DNA of 64,000 nucleotides from Cycas panzhihuaensis. Taxonomy: Eukaryota; Plantae; Cycadophyta. The notes beneath the pieces were generated by a model, which did not search any database, was not told where the DNA came from, and saw nothing but the letters and a program-made list of their open reading frames with translations. This document shows positions 1-13,603 of the stretch, in pieces. Numbering within the stretch: position 1 is the stretch's first letter; each line of letters begins with the position of its first letter. The position numbers and the translations under genes are program-made. The stretch spans positions 205,289,741 to 205,353,740 of the forward strand of contig CM041465.1 in NCBI GenBank assembly GCA_023213395.1, given 5' to 3'.

Positions 1-1585
1 TGATTTCAAATAAACTTTTTGAAAGAAATGTAATTCCCTTTGGATAGTAAATGTAAATAAGGAAATGACCTTTTAAATAAGGATGAATAAAAAATACCTT
101 TTAAATAAACGACAAACATATAAGATCTAATTTTAGATAGAATTTTGAAATATGATAAATGTATAAGTAAATATTTAATATAACTAAGATCATCTTAATT
201 ATGCCTGAATTGAAACTTTAAAGATAAAAATGTAACAGTTCTTAAGATAATCCTATTAGGATATACTTGAATGCTTAAGTTTAATAGCTTCAAAGCTATA
301 CTAAATGATATCAGAATAAAGTAAAACTTTACCAGTATGAAGATTAATGAAATTCCTATTCAATAGAACTAACCGTTTCGAAAATGGGTTCCTATAAGTT
401 AGGATTTGAATGAACCAAAGGTATAGGCCTCTTTTTTAGGCTTGACAGGAGCCTAGGGCTCAAAATAGTATATAAATGTTAATACAAAGTGCATAGAATA
501 CTATAAAATAATCAATTATAGTTTAGAAAACTGCTTAATATATTTTTAACTAAAAAATTTTGAGAAATAATATATAAAAAGTGTGTAATAATGGCGAGTT
601 AAAGGCTATTAAGTACCTCTATTTTAATACTTTTGAAAACTAGTAAAAACACTTCAAAACTTATAAAAAATAATGTTAGTTTGAAGAGGAGTGAGTTAGC
701 TTCCCAAAAAAATTGATAGAACTAAATTATAATGTCAAACAAAAAAGTTATAATAAAATTAGCGACAAGTACTTTTATGGTAAAAAGTTTAAAAAGTGCT
801 AAAAAACATTAAAGTGTCACTTTAGTCAATTTAAATAATGATTAAAATAATTCTTAAAAAATAAAGTAAATGGATGATAATAAATTTTTTTGATAGTAGT
901 CAACTACAAAATAGATCTGGGTGGAAAGTAATCTTCTGGTGATAAGATATAATCTATTAAAAAAGTGATTTTGTAAAAAGGTTTAAAATGGCTTTAAAAT
1001 TAAATGATCGACTTTAAACTGAATGAAACAGGGTCAAATCAACTCCAAATAGGTCATATAACCAGTCAAAATCAAATTTCAGAAAATTTTAGATGTAATG
1101 GGACTAGTTTTGTTAGAACCCGATGACCTAGTAAAACGTTATGGCAAAAAAATGCCAATTACCCTATGTAAAATGAAAAATTTTTTAAATAAAAAGGAAA
1201 AAAAAATTATAAACTTTTGTTGGCCTCTTTAATGATAAGTTAAGGTCATGTGAGGGCTTTAGGTGATTGGGGGCTAGAGTGTAAAGGGGCTAATATTTTT
1301 AAAATATAGATTTAAAAATTTATATATTATAATTCAAAATTTTAAAAAATTTATAAAAAAGAAATAAAATATTTTTGTCGCCAACTTGCTGTCACCAAGT
1401 TGTGTATGCATAGACGTCTATCAGGTGGTCATGCCTATGATGCAGTTGCACCTATTCCACTCCCAAGCCACCCTTCGTCGCCCTCCTACACTACTACTGG
1501 ACCAGATGTGAAGGATTTCTCAAGTAGATCAATAACGATGATGCCAAAGGGGAGATGCCAATAAGGATCTCTCCAAATCTCAGAT

Positions 1586-2008
1586 ATGGGCAGGTTTGAG
1601 TTGGTTTTTGTAAATAAAATATGGACTTTAATAGTAGGGGATTTAGGATTTGATTTGCTATGTGTGCCATCACTTGAATTAGTATATGCAAAGTACTTGA
1701 AATTGGTGGATAGATGGTTGTAGAGAGTAAGCAATCAAAGAACTAATATGGTGAATTTAGGTCATCCAGATTAGAAGAGGAATGGTCAGAAGCTTTCATC
1801 ATTAGATTTGAAGTAGGATATTGAATTTCATCTTGGTGAATTCCTTTAAGATAGGGGGCTTCAGAAATCACCCACTATTTTATCAGACAATGATAGGTAA
1901 AACTTTTGCAAGATGGATTTAGTTAAAGAAAATAATATTGATAGGCAACCCACTTCAAGTGGTAAGAAGAGGAATGATTCTTTGTTAGGTATATTGGATT
2001 GGATTATT
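1586..2008 (+). pseudogene. Captured fragment of a plant ARID1/ARID2-like (ARID/BRIGHT domain) gene, inside the TR-GAG-like element
   Basis: A single frame reads MGRFELVFVNKIWTLIVGDLGFDLLCVPSLELVYAKYLKLVDRWL...[17 protein letters not shown]. This resembles the ARID C-terminal helices (GG..V..N.LW..VA.E.G....S.KLVY.KYL..L.RWL) and the downstream RKR.SL.GML.W motif of plant ARID1/2, from memory. Several stops. Confidence 0.7.
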
Positions 2009-2091
2009 GTGGAACAGTTTCAGAACTATATGATTTCATTAAGGTAAAAGAGAGAAAATCAGAGTTAGTTGAGCTGGAGTCCCTTGACAAT

Positions 2092-2264
2092 GGAAAACCT
2101 CTAGAAGTGGCATGGGATATGGATGATGTTGCATGCTATTTTGAGTACTGTGTAGACCTTGGGGAGGCTTTGGATTTGTGATTTTTGCTGAGGATAGAGT
2201 GGTAGATTAGGTTTCTCAAAGGTCACATGAAATCCTTCAATGCAAGGTTGTAATAGACAGTGCT
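2092..2264 (+). pseudogene. Captured fragment of an RRM RNA-binding protein gene, inside the TR-GAG-like element
   Basis: 2166-2264 translates [32 protein letters not shown], containing RNP1 GFGFVxF. Upstream [17 protein letters not shown] resembles the RRM N-terminal half with an internal deletion. Confidence 0.8.
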
Positions 2265-3244
2265 AAACTATTTCTTGTTAGGGAATTTAAAGCTTTACTA
2301 GCAGGAGTTTGAATACTTTAAGATGAGGATTTGAAGACCTCTATGGAAAGGTGCAATTCAATTCTTCATGAAAGAATATGACAAAGTTTTGCAACAAACT
2401 ATTATAATGTATGACAAACTATCATAATGTATTCTTTCTTCTCCACCAATAAGGGTTCTATACGGATATTATATTTGGTTTGTTTTGGATACAAGTTCAT
2501 CCTGTATTTGTGCTGAAATATTTAAAAAAAATGTTCATACAAAGTAAGCCGCAAGACTTGCTTATTCTTTATTTATTTTTTGTTTTTTGTTTTCTGTCTA
2601 CTTTTCGCTATTCTTCATACTATTCTTTCTTTTCACTTAAGATCAGAAGACCTGCTCCTTATATGGGCTTGATACAAACGCATGCAAGGGGGTATAAGAA
2701 TACAAATAATCTAATTATTTTTCTTCTTTCAATAGCGGGACTCACATATGTAGTCAGTAATCTTTGATAAAGAGTAGTTGTTGTTACCACATAGAATTAG
2801 TTTGTAGAATATTCAAGAGATTTTTGCAACAATCTAGATGGGTGTTTTCATGCTTTCAACCTTGTAATAGGTTATAAAAAAAAAGATATGGCTTATTCGA
2901 TCTCACCACCACCACACAGGCTCTCAAGGCCTACATGCAAATGTACAAATATAATAGAAAAATAATTTTAATATATATATATATAATGTGTATTGTGTTT
3001 GAAATCTTTCAAATATACTTTGAGGTTTTACAAAAAAATTCTTCAAATAATAATAGTAAAAAACATTTAATGGAAGAATATAACCATATAATAGAGTCAC
3101 AATGAAATCAAGAAAATGCTTCAGATATTAATAGAAATATATTAAATAAATGAAATGCATATGTACTTGTATTTAAAAATTTTTAAATATGTTGGAGCAG
3201 ATATATCAGAGAGCTAAGAAATATATTTATGTGTTTAAATCTTA

Positions 3245-3248
<4 letters not shown>

Positions 3249-3323
<75 letters not shown>
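3249..3323. repeat. (AT)n microsatellite
   Basis: Pure AT run. Confidence 0.95.
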
Positions 3324-3327
<4 letters not shown>

Positions 3328-3432
3328 AACCTGGTAAACAGTTATAGTAGACTTCTAATAGAAAATAGACTTCCAAAGATGAGATTTATTGTATATGCTT
3401 CTCTAGAAAGTTTAATATGCCCCAAAAACTTG

Positions 3433-3990
3433 CAGATCTGAAAAATGAACTTGAAAAGTTAGTCAAATATATGATAAAATAAGAAGATCTGAAATAAAAC
3501 TTTAATAAATATTACATATTTAAAGTAAATATTGCATATCTATAACCAATATTGTAGATCTAAAATAAAGCAACTAGAAAATGGTGAAATACTTAATAAA
3601 ATAAGAAAACTTTAATAAATATTGCAGATCTGAAATAAGTATAGTAGATCTAAAGTAAATATTACAAATCTGAAATAAATAAACTAGAAAATGGTGAAAT
3701 AATTCATAAAATAAGCAGATCTAAAATAAATAAACCAGAAAATGGTGAAATAATTCATAAAATGAGCATATCTGAAAAAATATATAATATATCTAAGAAA
3801 ATATATAACAAATCTAAAGGAAACTTGAGTAGATATTAGAGATCTAAATAAAATAAACCAAAAAACTATCAAATATTTAAAAAATTGAGCAAATTTGAAG
3901 GATATATAGCAGATCTGAAGAAAACTTTGAGTAAATATTACTTGCAGTTGAAATCCTACGCAAATTTGAAAACGTATTAGATAAAATGAT
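3433..3990 (+). repeat. Degenerate short tandem repeats with a (gc)agatct(g/a)aa core in the element leader (also about 5635-6050 and 35925-36360)
   Basis: Many 20-40 nt units of the form gcagatctgaaataaa / gtagatctaaa, plus repeated agaaaatggtgaaata. Confidence 0.8.
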
Positions 3991-4871
3991 AAAATATGCT
4001 TGAAAAATGTTAAATATATGATAAAAATATATAAAACTTATTAATAAAACCTCTTATGGAGTGATAAAAGTTGATATTTACTATTTTTAACTATGCACCT
4101 ATATAAATCTAAAGAAAATCTGAAATATGATTGTTATATCACAAGTATATCTTTAAGAATAATTAAATCTGATAAAAAATATAAGAAATTTCTAAAAAAA
4201 ACTTGTAAAAAATGAATATAACCGATATTTCTTTCTTGTGAGTATATCTGCTATAAATATTAATAAATCTTCTTACTTCTTTAAAGAAAACTTTAATAAT
4301 GGATCATAAATCTGCTCTAATACCAAATGAAGAAAATAATAGAGCTAAACCAAATTCTGATACCAAATGAAAGAAAAAAATGCATGGAGAATAAGGCAGA
4401 ACATAAAAGAGATACAAGTTGATCCAGTATTTGTGCTAAAATATTAAAAAAAATCATGTATATAAAGTAAGCCACAAGACTTGCTTATTCCTCTCTTTTT
4501 TTTTTTTTTCTGTTTTCTGTCTACTTTCCACTATTCTACATACTATTCTTTCTTTTCACTTAAGATTAGAAGACCTGCTCCTTATATGGGCTTGATACAA
4601 ATGCATGTAAGGGGGTATAAGAATACAAATAATCCAATTATTTTTCTTCTTTCAATAATATGACTCACACATGTAGTTAGTAATCTTTGACAAAGAGCAA
4701 CTATTGTTGCCATATAGAATCAATTTGTAGAATATTCAAGAGATTTTTGTAACAATCTAGATGGCTATTTTTGTGCTTTCAACCTTGCAGCAGGGTATAT
4801 AAAAAATTATCTAGATCATTCGAGCAAATCGAGCAAACGTACAAATATAACAGAAAAATATATTTTTTTAA

Positions 4872-4926
<55 letters not shown>

Positions 4927-5196
4927 AAATATAAAAGATGAGTATTATATTTGAAATCTTTCAAATATACTTTGAGGTTTCACAAAAAAATTCTTTAAAT
5001 AATAATAGTAAAAAACATTTAATGGAAGAATATAACCATACAATAGAGTCACAATGAAATCAAGAAAATTTTTCAAATATTAACAAAAATATATCAAATA
5101 AATGAAATGCATATGTACTTATATTTAAAAATTTTCAAATATGTTGGAGCAGATATATCAGAGAGCCAAGAAATATATTTATATGTTTAAATATGA

Positions 5197-5421
5197 CTAT
5201 ATATGTGTGTGTGTGTGTGTGTATGTGTGTGTGTGTATACATATATATATATATAGATGTATATATATATGTATATATAGATATATATATATATACATAT
5301 ATATATATGTATATATATGTATATACATATATATGTATATATATGTATATACATATATATATGTATATATATATGTGTGTATATATATGTATATATATAC
5401 ATATACATATATATATATATC

Positions 5422-5452
<31 letters not shown>

Positions 5453-5466
5453 GTATATATATATAA

Positions 5467-5500
<34 letters not shown>

Positions 5501-5536
5501 ATATATGTATATATGTATATATATATATATATATAT
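5197..5536. repeat. Compound (AT)/(GT)/(AC) microsatellite
   Basis: About 340 nt of alternating purine-pyrimidine sequence. It is the source of the spurious Y/I/C/V ORFs. Confidence 0.95.
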
Positions 5537-6838
5537 GAGAAGAACTTGGTAAATAGTTGTAACAGAAAATAGACTTCCAAAGATGAGATCTATTGTATAT
5601 GCTTCTCTATAAAGCTTAATATGCCCTAAAAACTTGTAGATCTAAAAAAGGAACTTGAAAAGATAGTCAAATATATGATAAAATAAGCTAATTTGAAAGA
5701 AAACATTAATAAATATTACATATTTAAAGTAAATATTACATATATGTGAAATACTTGATCTAAAAGAAAACTTTAAAAAATATTGCAGATCTAAAATAAA
5801 TAAACCAGAAAATGGTGAAATAATTCATAAAATAAGCAGATCTAAAAAAATATATAACAGATCTGAGAAAATATATAGCAGATCTAAAGGAAACTTGAGT
5901 AGATATTGTAGATCTAAACAAAATAAACCAAAAAATTATCAAATATTTTAAAAAAAGAGCAAATTTAAAGGATATATAGCAGATCTGAAGAAAACTTTGA
6001 GTAAATATTACTTGTAGTTGAAATCTTGTGTAGATCTAAAAAAGTATTAGATATAAAGATAAAATATGCTTGAAAAATGTCAAATATATGATAAAAATAT
6101 ATAAAACTTGTTAATAAAACCTCTTGTAGAGTGATAAAACTTGATATTTGCTATTTTTTAGCTATGCACCTACATAAATCTGAAGAAAATCTAAAATATG
6201 TTTGTTATATCATAAGTATATCTTCAAGAATAATCAATCTAATAGAAAGTATAAGAAACTGTTGAAAAAACTTGTAGAAAATAAATATAACTAATATTTC
6301 TTGCTTGCGAGTAAATATACTATAGATATCAATAAATCTTCTTACTTCTTTAAATAAAACTTCAACAATGGATCATAAACCTACTCTGATACCAAATAAA
6401 GAAAATAATGGAGTTAAACTAAGCTTTGATACTAAATGAAGGTAAATTATGCATGGAGAATAAGGAAGAATATAAAAGAGATAATCTTAAATTAATACAT
6501 CTTTGTTGTACAAACATGAGAGCCATTGTATTCAATCTATTGTAGTGAAGAGAGTTACAAATATCTAATATTATAGGTGATTTCTAAAGACAGTAGGGTT
6601 GCACACCCCTCAAATTATATAGTTTGGGGGAGGAGGGAAACTCCTCAAACCCTAAAATTTAAATAATAATAAAATAATATGAACTTAACTTAAAATAAAC
6701 TTAACTCAAATTAACTAAACTTACCTTATACTTACCTACACATGTTGAGCACCCATATATGTAAATTAATGAAGATGAGGTGTGCACTCCTAGTTGGAAG
6801 GTGGGGGAGGGGTGATGAGCATTAACCCCAACACTGCT

Positions 6839-9186
6839 TTTCCTCATTGTCTTGATGTTGGACTTCCACTACCACTACATATCTTAGGTATGCAAGATGT
6901 TGGCACATGTCCTAATTACATGACTAATAACCACTTTGTATGAACCCATATTATGTCTTCACCTAATCTTCAACATTCTTTGTATGATCTAAATAAATGA
7001 ATAACTATGTTATAAACTTCCTCTTGTGTCACCATGTGTCTAATCTAATGTCTCTTATTCTCTTTATATCTCACTCCCTCATAAATCACTCTAATCTCCA
7101 ACACTTCTCTTAATGCTTTAAATAAGTAAAAGGCTCTATTACAAACATCCTTAAATATAACCATATGTCTGACAATTAATAGTCATGATTCTTTCTATGT
7201 ATTATTGCCTCATGAATATCCATTTCATGGCCTTTTATCTCCTTAATACCTTCCTTTAGTGAGAATACATTTTGTGATATATAAACTCATAATGTCTTTA
7301 TCATGTGACTTAGTAATACTTTGTCATGTGTTATCATTTTGCAACACTTTATTCCATGCTTTCACTCTCTTATAAGGATCATCAACTCGCAATCTTGCTT
7401 ATTAATAACTTGCCAACTCATCATTTCATAAACCATTCCAAAATGAATGTTTATCTCACTAACTTACACCTTTAATGGCTTATCCCCAACTCCCTTCTTA
7501 GTAAAATGCTATCCCATAAATCTCATTCTTATGAAACCTTCTCCTCATAGATTCTTCCCTTAAGATTCCTTCTCTTCCTAAACTATTCTCTCTATAAGTT
7601 ATTATCTCACTAATGTCCATCTTTGTAGACTTTAGCTAAAACCCTATTCATGGTAAAACACTAACCCTTAAAGCTCCTCTGTAGTGAAACTTCATTCTGG
7701 TGAAGATCACCAAACTATTACCTTTATTATTGTTAGCTAGAAATTAATCTTCCACTTCTAGACTATAAATAGTTGCAATGATGATCATATATTATCACCC
7801 TTTCCTCATCTTCCTTAGTTAGAAATTTATCCATTAAGAAGGGTCTAATTGAAATAATACATCCTTTGTATTTTCATGATGTCATCCATCCTCTTTTTAA
7901 ATTTCCACTCTCCTTATCCACTAATTATGTTAATGCATATTTTCTTTATCATTAGAATGTTTTATTTTCTCTCTCCCCACCTCTTAAATTATCTTATAAT
8001 CCATCTCCTTACCATCAACTAAATATTTTACTCTATGGCCTTACTTCTAACCTAATTCATTCTTATGTTCCATCTTCATTATCCCCCACATTTTTCTTCC
8101 CACTATTCTTCTATATAGGATACTCATCATACAGATTATCCCTCATTCTCTATCCTTTCCATATTGATTCCACACACGAATCATGTCATAACCTCATTGA
8201 CAAACTATATCAACCTCTTATCCAACTTCCACACTTCAATTTCCACCTCCAACATCCCCCTCTCTTACCTTTGTAAATCACTTATTAATCATCCTATCAA
8301 ACTTATTCTAGTTTCTATCTCCTAAACATTACCCTCTTCCTCCTAACCTTGCTTATCTCTCACTAATATCTCATTAGCCTTCAATTTTTGTATATCCTTG
8401 CTATAAAATTTATATCCATATTAAACAATTATAATATTCCTATTTTCTTACCACTCCTTATTTTTTGTTAGGGCTCTTTCATACCCTATTATCCCTTATT
8501 TTTTCCTTAAAGCCCCATGCTTCTAGGCTCTAAATCACTCTCTTAGGCCACATCCCTTTCTCTTAACCCATCATCTCTTTAGATTTTTTACACCTCGTCT
8601 CTACTTGTGTTCCTCCCTAAACTTATTATTCATATAGGATTCCTATCCTATAAACCAATTCCATTTATGTTTATAAACACATGATTGTACTTCTTAATCT
8701 TCACCTTGTATTCACTATTCTTTTTTTCCAACTAACCTCTTATTTTCAAAACTAAATTCCCATGGATGTCATATGGAAATAAGAAATAATAACTCAAGGA
8801 TGAGGAACCTATAACCCATAAGTCCTAGGATCTATTTATTTCTTTGAGAAGATGGTATAAACATGGCTTAAGCTCTTATGATATATTGTCCTTATAATTA
8901 GTGGATTTAAAAAATATGTACCTCTCCCATGTTTTATAAGTGATATATTTTGAGAGGGGGGAATATCATGGATCTAATAAGACAAATTGGGATAAGCAAT
9001 TAATTATAGTATCAAGATACATTAAAATTATAGAAGATATTAGTCAACATGTTAAAGAGATACTATCATTGCTAAAATAGCAAAAGGAAGACACTTCAAC
9101 ATAAAAGTATCTTAAGAAGAGAGGAATTGGCATATGCTTAGCCCTTTTAATAGACCAAGGCACATTAAAAAAGAAGATAATATTTA
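6839..9186 (+). mobile_element. Very old, degenerate Copia-like remnant E0 (pol debris, PPT, start of 3' LTR); paralog 37154-39501
   Basis: Pyrimidine-rich strand. QDVGTCPNYMTNN near 6893 resembles protease DSGAxxHMT, and HVSNLMSLILFIS resembles VPxLxxNLLSIS. PPT gagaggggggaa at 8952-8963 (39267-39278) is followed by LTR-like sequence. Confidence 0.45.
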
Positions 9187-9546
9187 TGTTAAAACATCTA
9201 ATAACCTTATAATTTGTATATATTTATAATCATGTATATAGGTGTGACCCCCCATTGTAAATTTAATTATAATATAAATATTGGTTGGGTCCACCACCTT
9301 TGTCAATATGTCAACCAATGATATTGTTATATTTGTGCATTATATACTTATAAATTAAGCACCATGCTATTTATTTATATATTAAAGAATATTACATGTG
9401 GAAGATCTATTGAAATAGATGGTGCAACTAATTTATCTCTAGTGAACTTGCATTATATATTTGGATTTATATTTGATGTTTGATCTACTTTCTTAAGTTA
9501 TTTGATTGTATATATATTGATTTAGATCATGTTACTCAATTTAACA
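9187..9546 (+). mobile_element. 5' LTR of Copia E1 (copy 1), displaced and inverted relative to its 3' LTR
   Basis: tgttaaaac...tttaaca, followed by tggtatt (truncated PBS). About 80% similar to the reverse complement of 13604-13980. Preceded by attta at 9182-9186. Confidence 0.85.
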
Positions 9547-10612
9547 TGGTATTCGTATAAGGTTAAATCAAAGCTACTATGGTAAGGTAAAGATCCTCTC
9601 AATTAAGTTTTAAGCTTATTAAGCCAAGTTTCTCTTGTATATAATCATCTTCCAAACAGGTAGAAGGGTTTGAAGACATATACCATAAAAATTTCAAGAA
9701 ATAATGGCAAATTTAAAATTAATTGACTCATCCTATAAATCTTGGCTGGTCAAATTGTAGATTTTGGGGCTATAAAGAAAGGATTACAATAGATTTAACT
9801 TTGACCTATTTTTCGTCACCAATCTTGAAGATAGATTTGGTACATCAATTTTGAACAACCATAACTTTAGCTATAAGTATCCAATTGATCTCATTTTTTT
9901 TAAATTATTCTATGCATTTTTTACCTACTTTCTAATGGAAGTGGTTTTATTAATTAGAGGCTTAAGTAAAAAGTTATCAATATTTTATCAAAGGATACTT
10001 TTTTCTATCCAAAAACCCAAAGGTAAACTCTCCTTAAAAGGCTCATAACTCTTGTTACAGATATATTTTTACAAGATGGTAAAGCAAAAAGTATGTTTGG
10101 TTTAAATTTAAGTAAAAATTACTTATTTATGATACATTAAAGGCTCTTAAGAACCCCTTTTACACTTATGAGAGTTCTTCCTTATAAAGTCACATCTGGT
10201 ATTTGCTTGTTGGTATTTACATTATTGATTTTTAGCAAATAATGCTTCATAAAGCATATTTCCTACTCTTATATTTGAAGGAGCCACAAATTGGTTACCT
10301 CAAAAGAGAATGAAAGAACCATAAATTAGTTACCTTAATTATTAATGTAATTGCTCAATTCATTTACTAGGTAGACTTATTCTTGAAATAAAATTGATTG
10401 CTTGATTGGACCATGTATTTAAAGGAGGTTTATATTCAATTAGTAATTACAGTGGTTGATTACCCATGTATTTTGGTAGATGGACTTTCTTTCATATAGA
10501 CTTCAATAGATTCCATTTTTAGCTTGCATATACAACTAGTGACATATGGAGCTAATCTTTAATTGTTCCAGTAAATTTCTATATAATGCATAGATGTGAC
10601 ATTAAATATTAT

Positions 10613-10901
10613 GGGGGGGGGGGATGGGGGGGTGGGTGTTAAAACATAATGTTTAATATTGATTTATGTATCTTGATAAGTGTCCCTCTTAACTCTCATA
10701 AGTATATTTTAATATAAGATTAAGATGTGTGCATGGGTGTACAACTATTCATGTAAATATCCCCAGTGGTAGACTTAAGGGTTCTTTTATCTTATTGGTC
10801 AAGTTTGAGGTCAAATATACTATAAGTATGTATTCATACCTAATGTAATAATTTATAAGGTGATCATTTTCCTATATGCTTGTTGTCTTTTGTATTGTAC
10901 A
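10613..10901 (+). mobile_element. G-rich PPT plus orphan 3' LTR of another LTR element (paralog 40958-41241)
   Basis: G tract at 10613-10636 is immediately followed by tgttaaaacataatg...tgtaca. No partner LTR in the window. Confidence 0.55.
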
Positions 10902-10905
10902 TATT

Positions 10906-11968
10906 TCATCTTTTGTAAATTTGATTTATTATTTTATTTTTAATCCTCATGCTTATATCATAGAGTTTATCTATATTTTTCATTAGGGTTTCAAAGGCAA
11001 TCTTTGAATCCATATATTTTAACATCTCTGTGTCTTTACATGATGGTTGTAACCTCTATTTTACTTTATTAGCATTTGTACATTCAAAAAGTTGATTTAT
11101 AAAGCTAAAAATTAAGTCCCGTTGATATTAAATGAGTGTGAGATCACATTAACATGTTTTTCATTAATTTTGAGTTGCTTTCAGTTTCTAAAATAATGCA
11201 ACTTTGTCATAAATTCACCCACAAAGAGCTTAGATAAAATTTTTGTCATAAATCTCCTTTTTCTATTATCATTACCAAATTAATTAGATTGGAATTAATT
11301 ATTAGGTATGACCATTGAATAAGAGCTTTTGGTCGATATGCATTGTTATTTTTTAATGAGGTCTCTATACAATTAGCCAAATAGATTTAAAGTCACTTAT
11401 ATAAGTTGTTAGTGGTCACCAAAATCTATGATGAGAGTTCATGAACTTTGACAAGCTCACTTTATAATACTATATTAAGTTGAAAAAGAGATAGCATGAA
11501 GTAAATGACTAATGTAAGACACCAAAGATAAATGGTCAGAATACTTCTCTATTAAATATCATTATTTAATACTAAGTATTAAAGAAAACTTCTAAATTGA
11601 TATGCATAAGAAACCCTATTATGTAATTTCAAAATTGATCAAGTTGGAGCTAGAGGACAACCATGACTACCTCATAATGATGTTGACATAGTAAGATTAT
11701 AATGAATATAATTCATGTATCTAGATAGGGGACATCCATTTAAATAAAGAAAAAAACTTGTGCTACTTTTGGAAGTAAGAATATGAACCATTTTGAGTAA
11801 GATTACCATAGATATTAATTGTACCATGATAGAGATATGAAATTCTATCTTACATCAAATAAAGATATATGTATGATCTTCATTGCTTATGAGGGATATA
11901 TTTAATAAGTATAACATTCTCAAAAGTTATTTTTCATTCATCTCTCTCTCTCTCTCTCCCTCCCTCCC

Positions 11969-12018
<50 letters not shown>

Positions 12019-13020
12019 TACTAAATTTCATTATACGACATTGAAAATTTTACTAAGTCAAGGGTGTGCTCTTATATTTTTTCATATTTATACCCTTATG
12101 TATTAATAAACCATCTTTTGATGAATAAGAAGATCTTCACCATCTATGTAGATTTTTGCTTAATTTCTACTCTCTAAAGCATTACTTTTATCATCAATTT
12201 TTATAATGCCATAACATCATGTGAGCATATATCAAGTTATCATTTCATTAAAAAATTCATTGAAGTAGATGGTGGAATGATATAAAAGTTAATTAGTGTC
12301 TATATTACATATTTAGGCATATATATTTTAGGTTCATATGTATTTTTTAAAAATTATAATCTTTTACTAGATTTTATAAATCAAATTTTAGGGGTTTCAT
12401 AACACTATTTGACTTTAAAAATACATCAAATAAAATGAAAATGATATAAAATTTAATTATAGGGCTCATTAATAAGCTTTCTAATTAATATTAATATAAA
12501 ATTCATTGACATTAAAAATTTCTATGGTTTTTTTTTAAGAATATTTTAATTTTTCTTATATATACTTTACTCAATGTGTTATAAACCTACATCTAGAATG
12601 TCTAACTTGACTAATTTCTTTAGGATTTATTATGGATAAAGTAGATATAATAGGTAGTGGATATAAATTTATCATTATTGACTTAGATATTTAGGTTTTG
12701 CACCTACCTAGGGCATCCCATCAACTATAAACTCTATTTATTTAGTTGTAATTAAAAAATGTTTCTATTCCAAAAGATTAGCTCATCACATTTAGTATAA
12801 GAGGCTCTATTGTAAGTATTGAATATAATCATTTTAGTTCAATTGGCTTATGCACCTTTGAAACTATTAATGGGAATCTCTCCCCATTTTAGGATTGATA
12901 TATGGCATTAAAACTTAGTTAAGTGGATAAAAATCACTCATGGGTTTATTATTTTAAGTTTTAAGATGTGATCTGATAGTTTGTAGCGAATTGATTAGGT
13001 TTTATCTTTAGATTCTACTC
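10906..13020 (-). pseudogene. Putative endogenous +ssRNA virus element EVE-A, copy 1: SF1 viral helicase plus possible RdRp N-terminal region
   Basis: Paralog of 41246-43370 and of the inverted copy 61748-63273. Walker A DGMP/GxxKT at about 12694-12722. Other motifs as described for copies 2 and 3. Confidence 0.6.
11941..12018. repeat. Self-complementary compound microsatellite (CT)n(TA)n(GA)n; paralog 42296-42357
   Basis: The CT arm and GA arm are reverse complements around an AT core. Confidence 0.9.
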
Positions 13021-13028
13021 ATATTAAT

Positions 13029-13066
13029 ATATGTATATGTGTGTGTGTGTGTGGATATAGATATAG

Positions 13067-13107
<41 letters not shown>

Positions 13108-13130
13108 TACATACACATATAGATAGATAA

Positions 13131-13210
<80 letters not shown>
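13029..13210. repeat. Compound (GT)n/(AC)n/(GT)n microsatellite; paralog about 43370-43532
   Basis: Alternating GT and AC blocks separated by ataga spacers. Confidence 0.9.
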
Positions 13211-13216
<6 letters not shown>

Positions 13217-13603
13217 TCTTCTAATTAGATTATACCTCTTTAAGGAGAAGAAACTCTAAAAAATAATGGCTCCTCTTAAAGGAATAAAGAGACTAAATAA
13301 ACTCCAAAAGCTTAAGCTTCTAAATGACTTAGCACTTCTTATATATGGTTATTTATCCTACCAAAATCCTATGTTGTTTTAGGATAGATACAACCCTAAT
13401 AATAATTAATAATTTAAAGTGAAGTTAGCCTTCCAAAATCTATATTTAAGACTATAAACTTTAAACTGGTTTAATCTCCTTATACAATGTTTATTTAGGG
13501 CTTATGATTATTTATTTCGCAGCCAATGGAAATATCTATGCCATCATCCATCTTTTATAAATAATTAGATGTATTTTAAGACCATAATCATAAAATAATA
13601 AAT

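Larger units (their letters stand above)
2488..6479 (+). repeat. Tandem duplication of about 2 kb inside the TR-GAG-like copy 1: unit A 2488-4410, unit B 4411-6479
   Basis: gatacaagtt..atcc starts at both 2488 and 4411, and both units end with PBS-PBS-LTR start. The junction has gata microhomology (2488, 4411, 6480). Copy 2 has one unit only (35043-36797). Confidence 0.9.
1..6833 (-). mobile_element. Partial copy of the gag-only (TR-GAG-like) Copia-type element: 5' LTR 6437-6833 plus long internal leader
   Basis: Paralog of 32558-37148. LTR reads tgaagg...ccccaaca on the plus strand (TG..CA), followed by TSD ctgct at 6834-6838. Reverse-complement tRNA-iMet PBS at 6423-6434 and 6383-6394. Confidence 0.85.

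Noticed and set aside
2480-2767. Recurrent small hydrophobic ORF (also 4481-4663, 35065-35319) as a conserved gene
   Set aside because: Recurrence is explained by the duplications. Starts and stops differ between copies and no domain was recognised.
5141-5580. Long ORFs rich in Y/I/C/V/H/T (also 3229-3441, 4779-4964) and poly-SL ORFs at 62390-62722
   Set aside because: They are translations of dinucleotide microsatellites.
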